The position numbers and the translations under genes are program-made. DNA of 64,000 bases from Trypanosoma brucei (Eukaryota): contig CP000067.1 in NCBI GenBank assembly GCA_000002445.1, positions 1,248,001 through 1,312,000 on the forward strand, given 5' to 3'. The stretch's first letter is position 1. The number at the start of each line of letters is the position of its first letter. A model generated the notes under the pieces. It was not told the DNA's origin. It worked only from the letters and a program-made list of their open reading frames with translations, and made no database searches. Below are positions 11,265 to 22,775 of this stretch, in pieces.

Positions 11265-13973
11265 TTAGGACTTCCTCCAGTCCCAAATAAAGGCTGTTTC
11301 ATCTATGAACCGCTTAGCAAACGTCCTAGGCCCTGTTGCAGCATTGTTAGGCACCTGTCGTGTCTCGTTTACTTCCGCCTCCGGCCCCACCTTCACAAAT
11401 GTCGATGGTCGCCGTGCCGGCTGCGCTGACAAGCCCGCCGACGGTGGGAACGCTGTTTGAGAGGTTATAGATGTAGTAGCGACGGCAGACCGATCCGGCA
11501 GTGGTTGAAATTGCGGTGCTGTGTGAAAGAGGACCCCCATCAATTGAGCTGCGGCTTGCACTGCCCCATAGCGTACGCGGGTGGGCAAATACGACATGTA
11601 GCTCCTTTCACTGCCCTCACCGCAGCCAGCGAAAAAGGAAAAGAGTGCTGATATGGTGGATACTGACTCTTTGTTGGTGCTATTTTCTACCTTTACCTTT
11701 TCCGCCACGGGTTTTTGCTCCTTTTCCTTCTCTCCAGTAGCGGGATGCGCAGGGACAGTTGATGCAGCAGGACTTACTGCCCCAGCTGCAGGTGCGGCCA
11801 AATTCTGTGCCAACTTCTTTTTGTTGGGATTCGCAAAATCTGGCACCGTTCCGTGGTAATACACCTTGCCATTCAGCTCAAAACGATAGATGTAGAAGTT
11901 GCCTTCACGAACGTGGACCCGTTTTTTCTTCCTCTCCACAGTCCCATCGCAGACCTTTCGCCGCATAGTTGCATCGGCATCCACACCCTCTTCCCCCGCC
12001 GTCTCAGCGTGATCCTGGGCTTCGACCTCCTTCTCGTCTTCCTCTTCCACTTCAGTCGTTACCCATCCAATGTCATCGGGTGGAGCTGTGCGCGCCGCCT
12101 TGCAAAACGGCCGCATTGCCGCAAGGACAACAGCATCAAGTGGAATATTCCGGTCGGCCACCCACGAACGGCTCGTCCGGTCATATCTCAGCACGTCACC
12201 CTCGTCAAAGCCATCGATTACTGCCGCGCCCATGACATACACATTAACTGGGTCCACTGATACATCGTCACCTTCACATAGTTGAGTGGGTGGCTGGTTC
12301 TTACGATCGACAAGGCCACAGAAACGCCAGTAATTTCGATCGTCGGGTAGCGGTTCAGCTCGACTTGATGTAACGTCTGGCCGCTCGGCCATGCTCAAAC
12401 AAAGCCGCTCCGCTAATTCCTTCCCAATACGGCCGTGGAACATGCTATCATCTGTTAACCACATCTCAAGATTTTCGTGTGATACCCCCATATTCGCAGA
12501 CTCCGGGGGCGCGCCCGCCTTCAATCCGGATGTGGACGCGGATGAAAAGTTCAACGAGTCTGTTCGTGAGTGAGGTGCGCTATTCTGGCGGGACAGAAGT
12601 CCAAATTGCTCCCATCGGCAACGCATTTCATACACAAATGAAATAATGGGCACATTTGTCATCAGTGACGAGAAACTAAACGTTTCCAGTGGCGGAAGGT
12701 GACATTTTTCAACCTCTGATGACGCCAAAGCGTTTTTGCCACGCCGTTTCAACACTCCTGCCTCCACAAGTTGATTGTAATAAGTGCTTGCAGCTACAAA
12801 TGTCACACGACCGAGGTTTTGTTCCCCCGCTGATTTTGTTAGGAAAACAATGGCTGCCAGCGGTGCGGCCACAGGAGGTGGCAGTGAGAAAAAGCGATTG
12901 AAGTTCTCCTCCGGCGCTACACTACGATGACGCATAGCCCGGCCCCTTTCCCGTGGCAAAGCTTCTGGCTGCAATGCGGTCCACTGCCTTGCGTACGGAT
13001 CATAAGTTGGTGTCGTGCAGAGAGACGATACTCTTGACGAGGTGCCGTTACGTGACACGGGTGTCCGTTGGTTTGGCTGCATATATACTGTGGGAAACGA
13101 GGTGGGGTTATCATGAAATGTTAGACCGCTGATCATCGAACAGTGTTGCAGTGACGACACCGAAAGGTATTGATTGTCCAGTGAGGAAGAGCAACTAGTT
13201 GCTCCACGCACCCCGGCTAATGAATGAGGTCCTCTGGGTAAACCTGTCAGAGCGCTGCCGCTACCGCTTCTCGCGATTCCGGGACATACTGGAGTGTGAG
13301 GCGCTGACGTTAGCGACTGCATGCCCTCGACTTCCATGGGCACAAAGCCAAAGCAACCAACAATGTTGACAATTGATCCGCCAACACGCACACCGTTTGC
13401 CATCAACGTTTGGAGGTGTGGTGCCCTACCGCCCCCCGTCGTTGCTTGATTCTGTTGCAACTGCCCTAATTTCTCGGGGTCGTAGCGAAATGCTACTGCG
13501 CACATGATCGGAAGAACTCTCTTCTCTTTCACGTCTGCTGTTTTGTCTCTCTCACCAGAGAGTGATGAGGGCCCGCCTGAACGTTCGTCCCGTAAAGACC
13601 GCTCGTGCGCCAGTCGCATTTCCTCATCCGTGTCGAACAGCATCTCCTCCGTCCGCTCCACCACTCCAGAATATAGTACTTCTCGCGATGGGTACGAGGT
13701 TTTTCCATCGCTGCTACTTGCGTTTGGAATGCGGCTCAAATCCCCTGGGTTCCCTGGGTGGCGGAAGTAATAGTTTACACCCGCATCACATCGTGTTTTG
13801 TGGAACTGCACGAACAGTGGGCAGTCGGCAGAGGGAAAAAACTCTTTGGTGAGCGGAACTAGCACTATGTCCAACTTCTTGTGACCCCCGGAGCTGTTGC
13901 CATTACCACTTGTAGGGGGTGGCACAATGTACAGCCCGCGTTTTAATGTTTCTCGACTGGGTGCAACACCCAT
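11265..13973 (-). CDS. Uncharacterised large protein, member B of the MGxxPSRE paralog family (probable N-myristoylated)
   Basis: 902-aa ORF. N-terminus is MGVAPSRETLKRGLY...IVLVPLTKEFFPSADCPLF, paralogous to 2242..4719 and 16341..19592. Confidence 0.75.
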   Translation of the reverse strand: MGVAPSRETLKRGLYIVPPPTSGNGNSSGGHKKLDIVLVPLTKEFFPSADCPLFVQFHKTRCDAGVNYYFRHPGNPGDLSRIPNASSSDGKTSYPSREVLYSGVVERTEEMLFDTDEEMRLAHERSLRDERSGGPSSLSGERDKTADVKEKRVLPIMCAVAFRYDPEKLGQLQQNQATTGGGRAPHLQTLMANGVRVGGSIVNIVGCFGFVPMEVEGMQSLTSAPHTPVCPGIARSGSGSALTGLPRGPHSLAGVRGATSCSSSLDNQYLSVSSLQHCSMISGLTFHDNPTSFPTVYMQPNQRTPVSRNGTSSRVSSLCTTPTYDPYARQWTALQPEALPRERGRAMRHRSVAPEENFNRFFSLPPPVAAPLAAIVFLTKSAGEQNLGRVTFVAASTYYNQLVEAGVLKRRGKNALASSEVEKCHLPPLETFSFSSLMTNVPIISFVYEMRCRWEQFGLLSRQNSAPHSRTDSLNFSSASTSGLKAGAPPESANMGVSHENLEMWLTDDSMFHGRIGKELAERLCLSMAERPDVTSSRAEPLPDDRNYWRFCGLVDRKNQPPTQLCEGDDVSVDPVNVYVMGAAVIDGFDEGDVLRYDRTSRSWVADRNIPLDAVVLAAMRPFCKAARTAPPDDIGWVTTEVEEEDEKEVEAQDHAETAGEEGVDADATMRRKVCDGTVERKKKRVHVREGNFYIYRFELNGKVYYHGTVPDFANPNKKKLAQNLAAPAAGAVSPAASTVPAHPATGEKEKEQKPVAEKVKVENSTNKESVSTISALFSFFAGCGEGSERSYMSYLPTRVRYGAVQAAAQLMGVLFHTAPQFQPLPDRSAVATTSITSQTAFPPSAGLSAQPARRPSTFVKVGPEAEVNETRQVPNNAATGPRTFAKRFIDETAFIWDWRKS

Positions 13974-16340
13974 TATACAGACACAATTTTGTATCCGAAG
14001 TTATCTGTTTTTCTTTACCTCTGCTTGAAATATCGTCTTCTTTTTCTGACTATTTATGAATATATTTACAAACGGTTCCCTTTGGCTCGTGTCCTTTTTT
14101 CTCCCCGTTTACTTTTAACTAACTTCTCTATTTACGCTTACTAAACAGTTGCAACTAACGGACCACCACGCGATGGTATAAGCGTTTGGTGAGGTTCGTA
14201 TGCCTACAATGCTGCAACGTGAGACTCTTGTTCCCTAACAGAAATGTTTGTTTTTTTCGTATCGCTTATACTTTCCCAACCCCTTTTCCTACTCTTCTTC
14301 ACGCCTTTACTTTACTGGTGTTTGCAAAATGCCCCTACTACTCGGTAATATCTTATTATTTTCTTTTTTTTTTGTTTGTGCGTGTGTGTCCTTTCCTCTT
14401 GAAGGTTATAATAAGCACCCTCTTCCTCTCTTCCCCCCCTTTCCTACTTTTTGAAAGTAAAAAATATTAATAACGAATTCACCCCCTCGCTTTTGGTTTT
14501 TCCCTTCTCCCTCCCCTTCTGCTTTCTTCCCCCCCCTTTAGCTACTTTTCACCAAACAGTTGGGTGCCACCAAAAGATTTCTTTTGTAACTTTATTTTCA
14601 CAAGGGAGCGAAAACAAAAACAAAAACAAAAACTTCCTCCAATCGTTCTACTTGTTTCGCTTCCGTTGATTACGAAAGGAGTACACAGCTGCAGATAAAA
14701 GTGATGAATATAGAAATAATAGTAATAGTAATAGTTCCTGTTATTTGATGACGAACCTTCCCTTCTTTCTTGCAGTGCCAGTAATGATTTGTGACTATGT
14801 TGAGATGATGACAGAAGTAATGTGCACGTCTCACAGTGTTTCGTTGTGTGTCTTCCTGCTGTTTTTCCCCTTCTCCTACTTTGTTTTGTTTTGTTTAAAT
14901 GATTCCCTCTTGAGGTCTAATATAACTCAACTACTTTCTTGTGCCGTTTCCTCGAGGTTCCGCTCTAACAGCGGAAAACGCTTCGAAAAGTTCTCCCTTT
15001 TATTTTTAATTTAACAAAAAGAAAAAAGATGAAAAAGAAACAAAGGGAAGACTGCGTACGCGTTTCCCTAAATGAGTTGCGATGCTAAGCTAAAGAATTG
15101 GATAGCAAGTGATAAAATGAAAGGGAAGAAAGGGGTAATATGAAGAAGTAAAATAAAATGAAGGAAAGCCAGGTGAGGGATTAGAATGCGAGGCGATCAA
15201 AGGAAACACGAAAAACAGTCACATAGAGAAGTGAAATGAAGCAAAAAGATACTGAAAAGGGCGATGCCCAAATCACCAAAAAAGAAAACGAAGGAAAACA
15301 AACAAAAGGCGTCGAAGTGAGGAAGCATACAAAACGTAGAAAAGATATTAGCAATAATTGAAAAAGAAGAAAGGAGAGTTAGAGCAACAACAAAATGAAA
15401 TCTTTCAGTACATTACCTACAAAGAAAATCGGAAAATAAAAAAGAGACTAATAAGGGGAGTGGACAAACGAACAACAGCAAAAAGAAGCAAACATAACGT
15501 GTCCACCGGCAAGTAGCCCTTATTAAAGCGTACATCAGTGTGAGTTGAAAAACGACATACAACAGCAAATATGCCCGTACCGCACATGTCATCCGTACGA
15601 CCGGGAGGTAGTTAAAACAATAAATCCCAACATTTCATTTTCTTCTTTGCTAGCGGGGGTAGGGAAGGTGTTAAATCTGAAGGAAAAAAGCATGAAACAT
15701 GAGAAAACAGTTAAAAAGGGGTTATTGCTTTTTTTTTTTTCGGCTGCGTATGGGTTCAATGTACTTCATTTCTCGCTTTGCAAAGCTCAATAAAACATTA
15801 CGGTTATCGAACACAAACGCGGTCCCGAAACCCCTCCACTCCAACGCCCCTTTCAGATGCCACAAAATGTGTGTTTCTGTGGGGAAATTAAATTTTAAAA
15901 ACATTTAACAACAAATTTAAGGAGACACTTAAAAATAGGAAAAGAAAGAACTGGAAGAAGATTCCTTTGCTGAGCATTCACATAACATCCATTTTATCTC
16001 CCTCCCCCCTCATTGTTTTCGGATCCTTATGTTTGTCAACCGTTCGGGTGACTATGCACTCTCTTCACGTGTTTTTTTTAAAAAAATTAAGAGCTGGGGA
16101 TGCTCCCTAACATTCTGTTATAGTATAAATTCTGTATGGCTACTGCTGCACGTAGTTGTGCATCGTGAGAGTTCCTATGTCGTATTTCCCATCCGCATCA
16201 AGCGACAAATACTCGCTTTCATTCTGCTTTCATCCCGACAATGTTACTGTGTATTTACTTTTCTCTTTCCTGAGCCTCAATCTATTTACATTCGCGTCGG
16301 GTTTCCGGTGTCATTATTTCTTCAGAACACTTCACTGTTG

Positions 16341-19300
16341 TCAGTGCTGTAAACCGTGCCGCACCCAAACATTAAGGGACGGAGTCATCACCCCTGACCG
16401 ATCCGAGTAAACGTCTTTACCGCTTTCCAAGTTCGTGGGAACACTGTGGACACGGTTACGCACACATGCCGTGGTATCGTCGGAGTCGCTGATACCCCCA
16501 AAGGAACTGCGGAACCCAGGTAAATAATGGACTTTCTCGCGGGCACCGGAACGGGGGTTCGTGGGATTTAACCATTTATCCGCACTTTGGGGAAAGGGGC
16601 TGCACTGATTGCCCACAATTGACGAGCCTCGCGTTGTACTCGACCGCTCACCCGATGCAGCGTAAGACCAGGGAACCCCAGTATCATCCCAATGGGGAGT
16701 GCTGAAGGAAGGTATGGAAACACGATGGCTGTCCCTATTACTGCTTCCACGGCGCGAATCCTTGGGATCGTCGCAGAATACAAACTCACATGGGTCCACC
16801 GTGGGGCTGCGACTGCTCGTGAAGGGAGCGGGGGGGTGCCTCACCCTGTGGTTCAAAACGGAAGCAGGAGGGCGGTTGGTACCGACAACAGGTTGGTTGA
16901 AGCACGGAAAGTCGTGCTGGGGCTCGTGGGTCAAAACGAGTGGCTCTGCATAATGTGCGGGTGCGGGGCTTCCGTATGTGCGAAGCCGTTGCTGAGGCAA
17001 TACGTAGCCAAACCCTACCGAGGGAAAGTTTGGAGTGGGCATCGGGGGTACCGCACCTTCTTTACAAACTCCATAGTTGACCAATGGGAAGGGGGTGCCC
17101 TGTTCTGCGGTTTTCACTGGTCCCATTACAGTGGTCATCGGTGCCAGAAACCCTGTCGTTGTTGCTTTTGCAGTTACCGTTCTTTTGGCTTTGGATTGTT
17201 GCGGCACCATCGGAGGACCGAGGTGACGCGTGGGGGCGGGTGTGGTCAACTTCGTAGAACTTTCAACACCCTTTGTGAGAACACGCTGTCGTCGGGCTAC
17301 CTTCCTGCGCGACCGCTTTTTCCGTGGTGGGCGGAGGAAGTACGGTGTGACTGCTACAACCCTCACCGCCCCCGTAACGAGTGAGAGACGCCACAGGCAA
17401 AGTGTACCCTCACCAACAAGTTGGGCCACGGCGTCAGCCAACTCTGGCGACCCTTCCGCGTTACCCTCAGTGATATCAGGGGGTAACAACAGGGGTGTTG
17501 GTCGTGATTGCTCACTTCCGGAATCACGGTAACGTATCCAGTTCTCCGCGTCGACATGTGCTTCCCGCGCCAGCTTGCAGCTATTGTGCAACTCGGAGAG
17601 CAGAAGCTCTTCCAGCGGGAACTTGAGACGCTCAATAACCCATGACTGGGATTCGCTTGATTGGCATGGGTCTACCATAAGGTGGATTAACTCCCCAATT
17701 GACACCTGTTCATCATCATCATCTTTGTTGCCGCCGCTTCCTTTTCGTCCACTCTCGACTGACGAACAACATGTTCTCCCGATAACTACCGATCTCCCGT
17801 TAGCCTTCCATGACGAAAGGGCGACGGTGGCGGTCCTCTGTGCCTCCTTTGAGTGGCCAACCACCCAGTACAAATGTAACTGCTGGTCCTTGGTGCTGTC
17901 TTCGCTGTCAGCAAAGTCGACCAAGTCAATACCACCCTCGGGCCACGCCTCCACAACTACGGCGCCACCTGGCCTGTCATTCAGCTTTCGATGTGGCTTC
18001 AGTGCGGCTGCAGCGGCAGCAACAGCGGTACTGTTCCCGTTCTGACTGCTTTCGGTGCCCCTTGAGGGAATACTCGCTAAAATACTCACAGGCGCTTCAT
18101 TAAGCGTGTTGTGCGTGCGAGCATCAATGGCCGGAGGCAGTGACCCCACTGTTTCGGTCACACTGACGGTGGTGCGAGTTCGAGCAGTCGACGCATCACG
18201 GTCGCTAATTTCTTGCATTTCAAAGTACTTCGGCCGTACAATGTCGGTGATGCAGTCTGGGCAATCCATACGTCTTGCGATGCATCCAACAGCGCGTGTT
18301 GCAGCATCTTGTGAAATACGTGTGAACAGCACATCATTGTCCAACCACATGTGAAGATCATCCCCCATCCCGAAATTTGTTTTTGGGCCAAAAACCGTGG
18401 CACATTCTTCTGGGGTTTCATTATCTTCTCTTGGAGCATTCAGCGGTTCCTCGGTCCCCACCTTGTTAAGCCAAGACACGTGGTCGCTTCGGTTGCCGCA
18501 CTTACTACAAAAGGAGCCGTTAGGATCGGTTGCCTTGTCGGCTTCTGCAACAGCAAACAGTCTCGAGAGGGTCGCTCGCAGGACTCGCTGAAAGCACAGC
18601 ATTGGAACATTAGCCCGTCTGCTGGCAATGACAACGGATCCTACAGGAGGGAGCAGCAGATCACGGTTACTGTCAATGTCCGGGGAGTCAGTAAGCCCAC
18701 CATCCCTCATTTTATCCCGTCGTTGCTTTGCCAATCGTGCTTCATCTTTAACACTCATCACCCCAGCCAGAGCTTCACGCCACTGTGCGACGTATGTGTA
18801 AATAGCCGATATGAATGCGTGTACGAAGTTGTGATCCCCAACTGATTTGTTGAGGAACACCTGCAGCTGAAACGGACCTTCACCCAAGTTATCATCACAG
18901 CTACGTGGGAGGATACCGTTCACATCGCCAACGAAACCGACAACCCGTAGCCGCAAACCGCAAACGACGACGCTCTCTTCCAGAACACTTTTGCCCTCAG
19001 CCGCGCCACCCACGCCATCATCTTCACCTTCCCCTTCAGCAGCGTCCTTCATAAATTCGGCGTCGTCATCACAACCATGCATGTACAATCCGCCCTTCTC
19101 CGGAGGCCGTCCGACGTTATCGGACCCGGGCAATGAACCAGCGGGGCCACAAACAAATGCTATGGCGCATGGCACGGGACGAAGTGCCTCCGGGTCTTGC
19201 GCATTCAAGTCGAACATTTGCTTATCCGTATCAAATATCAATGACTTCCGCGCTCGTGTTACGTATGCGTCATAAAACTCCTCAGGGGTACAGTTGAGTG

Positions 19301-19592
19301 GCACAAATTCTTCAGCGTGCCACACACTGTTTCCATCGCCGCTGGTGGTGGCGGAAGCACTCCGTACCTTATCGCCGGACGGCTGAACCCGCGTGAAGGA
19401 CTCATCAAATGTGTGATAATAATGAACAAACGGATCCTTGCGGGCTTCGAATAGCTGGCGCAGAGGCAAGCAGTCGGGCGAAGGAAAAAACTCCTTGGTA
19501 AGGGGAATCAATACCATTTTGTGCTTTTGCCCATAATCTGGCAGCCGGCACAGCCCCCGTGACAAGGACTCCCGACTGGGAACCGCTCCCAT
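16341..19592 (-). CDS. Uncharacterised large protein, member C of the MGxxPSRE paralog family (probable N-myristoylated)
   Basis: 1083-aa ORF. N-terminus is MGAVPSRESLSRGLC...MVLIPLTKEFFPSPDC. Shares internal blocks with the other two members. Confidence 0.75.
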   Translation of the reverse strand: MGAVPSRESLSRGLCRLPDYGQKHKMVLIPLTKEFFPSPDCLPLRQLFEARKDPFVHYYHTFDESFTRVQPSGDKVRSASATTSGDGNSVWHAEEFVPLNCTPEEFYDAYVTRARKSLIFDTDKQMFDLNAQDPEALRPVPCAIAFVCGPAGSLPGSDNVGRPPEKGGLYMHGCDDDAEFMKDAAEGEGEDDGVGGAAEGKSVLEESVVVCGLRLRVVGFVGDVNGILPRSCDDNLGEGPFQLQVFLNKSVGDHNFVHAFISAIYTYVAQWREALAGVMSVKDEARLAKQRRDKMRDGGLTDSPDIDSNRDLLLPPVGSVVIASRRANVPMLCFQRVLRATLSRLFAVAEADKATDPNGSFCSKCGNRSDHVSWLNKVGTEEPLNAPREDNETPEECATVFGPKTNFGMGDDLHMWLDNDVLFTRISQDAATRAVGCIARRMDCPDCITDIVRPKYFEMQEISDRDASTARTRTTVSVTETVGSLPPAIDARTHNTLNEAPVSILASIPSRGTESSQNGNSTAVAAAAAALKPHRKLNDRPGGAVVVEAWPEGGIDLVDFADSEDSTKDQQLHLYWVVGHSKEAQRTATVALSSWKANGRSVVIGRTCCSSVESGRKGSGGNKDDDDEQVSIGELIHLMVDPCQSSESQSWVIERLKFPLEELLLSELHNSCKLAREAHVDAENWIRYRDSGSEQSRPTPLLLPPDITEGNAEGSPELADAVAQLVGEGTLCLWRLSLVTGAVRVVAVTPYFLRPPRKKRSRRKVARRQRVLTKGVESSTKLTTPAPTRHLGPPMVPQQSKAKRTVTAKATTTGFLAPMTTVMGPVKTAEQGTPFPLVNYGVCKEGAVPPMPTPNFPSVGFGYVLPQQRLRTYGSPAPAHYAEPLVLTHEPQHDFPCFNQPVVGTNRPPASVLNHRVRHPPAPFTSSRSPTVDPCEFVFCDDPKDSRRGSSNRDSHRVSIPSFSTPHWDDTGVPWSYAASGERSSTTRGSSIVGNQCSPFPQSADKWLNPTNPRSGAREKVHYLPGFRSSFGGISDSDDTTACVRNRVHSVPTNLESGKDVYSDRSGVMTPSLNVWVRHGLQH

Positions 19593-20968
19593 TTTATATA
19601 AAAATGTTTAAATGCAATATTCCAAATGACAAAGAAAGATATTACAACGAACTCACCGAGGTATTGTTTTACTTTCCCTCCACACCCCTACTGAAGGAAA
19701 AGAAAAAGAAATCTTCCCTTCTCTTTTCACCGCTTGTTTACGATGGATTTACAATAATTTTTCGTTTTTTCTTTCTCTTTCTTTATCGTTGATTATGTCG
19801 TTTGGTCCCCTTATATACAGATCTGTAGATATATGAGACAGCGTGTGTTTGCTTCTCCCACTTGGGTTTTGCTTGTTTTCCTTTTTTTTTCCTTTACTTT
19901 CCAATTTATACCCCCTTTTCAATTTTTTAGTCTAATTTCCCCCCCCTCCCCGGTATCCCCTTACGCACACTTCGTGCGATTGCGAAATGCAGGTCCGACC
20001 AAACGAAAAAGATATCCCTTCAATATCCTCACAACTGTAAACCAAACTTCACCTTAAGCCCGGCCAACAGATACCAAAATCAGTCCGTTTGTTTCCTTGC
20101 CTTTTCCCCTTGATTTTTCCCCCTTAACAATTTCTCCGATTATTTCAATTTTTTTTGTCTCGTTCACCCACTGCGACCTGGAAATGAAAGGTTACAGTGC
20201 AGGTGGAAGCAATGATAACAAGATTTGTGAGGATAAACACAAGATGTCGTTGCAATGTGCGTTTTTTAAAATTATTTCTGCCGTTGTTTTTAATTATTGA
20301 TCTCCCCTATTTTTTAATTTGTAATACTTTTGTTTAAAAGGTAAAAACAAAACAAATATCCCAGTTCTTGACAGCACAACAATTTTAATCCCGAAAACCT
20401 TACGTTCCCACGGGAGTCCTTCCCTTCCTACTGCTCACTTATTTTGCTCTGTTTCCCTTTTCCTTTTCTTTTTTTCCCCCCTCTCCCTCACTATTGGATT
20501 TACCTCCCTCTCTGTGTCCTCTCTATTTTCCTCCTTTTTCAAATATTTTCCCTACTTTTCAGCACTTTCTTTACGACCTGTGGTATGTACAAATACAGGG
20601 ATGTATTTATGTATATGTATATAAATATACTAATTAAGAATGCCTGCTATTCTTCCTCTTTTTTTCGGTTTTTACACCACTCCAACAATATTTAGCTTCA
20701 GTAGTAACAGCGACAATGTGATCAACACCTACGTATAAATGTGTCCCCGTTTGCGTACTTGCGTGTTTGTTTGAGTGCGTTTAATGACAAGAAAGCGGTT
20801 ATGGGGGAAGTAAAACGAAGGAGCGAGTGAAGTGCACAACCGAATAAAACACAAAAAAAGAACAACTAAAAAAGGTATTAACGGTTGTCGTCGTTTGTTG
20901 TTGTCGTTTTTTTTGGTATAAACTTGACAGAGCGGTTGTATTGACCAAATATGGTATAAAATAGAGGG

Positions 20969-20994
20969 ATATATATATATATATATATATATAT
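20969..20994. repeat. (AT)n microsatellite
   Basis: Direct reading. Confidence 0.9.
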
Positions 20995-22751
20995 GTTGCA
21001 AGGAACTCAGTGACGGTGTGCCCGTGGATGCACGTGTCAGTATTGCTCTCCCTTTGTTTTCTGAAGGGGGATAACTCCTCTTCGCTTACTCTCTCTCTTT
21101 CTCGCTTTTTTTTATATATTTGTTTACTTATTTTTTTCAGGTTTTTTTTTCGTATTTACTTCACTCTCTTTTTTTTTCCTTTTATTGTATATCAAACAGC
21201 ACAGTCTGGGGTAATATAATATATAAGGTGATTTCCACGGAATATAGACAAGAAGTATAATACAAGAAAAAGCGAAAGTGAGACAAAGGCAGGTGAAAGG
21301 GAACGAAAGAAGAAAAAAATGAGCCCCAATAAAAGGTGCCTAAAAAGTAAGAGGGGAAGAAGGCAAGTGAGCCAGTTATTAAATTCTGTTTAAGGAAAGG
21401 ATAAGCTAGAAAGAAAAAAGAAACAACAAAACAGCGGATGAATTAATCAGGTACCAGCAGTAAAAGACAGGAGTGCGAGGCCTAGGCTGCCGACCCGGTC
21501 ACAGGATTGCCTGTTAAACTGTACTCGTTATTACTGAATGACGGGGAAAGATTACGAGCAACAAAAAAAAACACAATAAAAGAAGGTTAAACAAACTTGG
21601 GCTTCAGCTCGAGTGTCTTCGTTTCCTCCCACAAGTGGGTTTACGTTCCCTTTTTGTTTTCTTCTTTCTCTTTCTGAACTTGTTATTCTGCGAAGAAGGG
21701 GAGGAAGAAGAAAAGAAAAGAAAAGAAAAATTAAAATGAAAGCTGAACCTTCACGTATATAAGGGAACATGTATTCACATGGCAGTCGGGGAATGCCCGA
21801 AAAAGGAAAAAAAAATGCAACGGAAGAAATTCCACAAGCAAACGCAAAAACGATGAAGGCGGGAGACTCACGTTCCCCAACATATATATGTTCATTTATT
21901 TATATGTTTTACTTAGCAGCCAGCATACCGGCACATATACACATGTGGGCTCACTTCCACCGTCATTCCCTCACCTCCTTCCTTCACTGATGTTGCCACT
22001 ACACGAGACAAGTTGAGTACACATCCGTATGCCTCTGCTACTCACACGAAATGCAATGCAAATACAAATACAGCGTAGAAAAGGGAACCCATCCGTAATC
22101 ACAAACTCCCGGCGAATCGGCCAATGAGACGAACATAAAAGACATAAGAAAAGCATCGCTTCACCGTGGCGTCCCGCTGTCCCCATTATTTTTCCCCACC
22201 CATCCACTATGGTACATATAGGCTAAACTTTTTTTTTTGTTGCACCTTCATTCTCTAGTTGAGACAACCCCACACATTCCCAAAACTTTCCACCCGTCAC
22301 GACGCAACGCGACTCAACAACGTTCATTAAAGCGCAACCGATCCGCATACGTATTGCCGCACTGGAGTAACAGTAATAACCCTAATGACAATAGGGACAA
22401 CAAAAGTAGGAGGGAGAACGTCATAGTTTGAGGAGTTGTGTTCAAAGAAGTGGTGAGCAAGCGCCTAAAAAAATATGTATGTATATATATATGGAGACAG
22501 GTATATTTTTTGCTGGCTACACATTCAGATTGAAGGATAAACTAGTCCTTCCACGCAATTTAAAAGAAGTTATCAAACAACACGCCACAGCGGGCAACAA
22601 AGGTGGCCAACAAAGCAAAATAAAATGAAGGAAGGAGTAAAACATGCACGTTGGTGCCTGTATTGACCACTGGGTGAGCATACCGCACTTAAGAAATGAG
22701 AAGAGGCGGAAACAACACAGAAGCTATGAAGTGACCGCATTCAACAAAGAA

Positions 22752-22775
22752 ACACACACACACACACACACACAC
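22752..22775. repeat. (CA)n microsatellite
   Basis: Direct reading. Confidence 0.9.
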
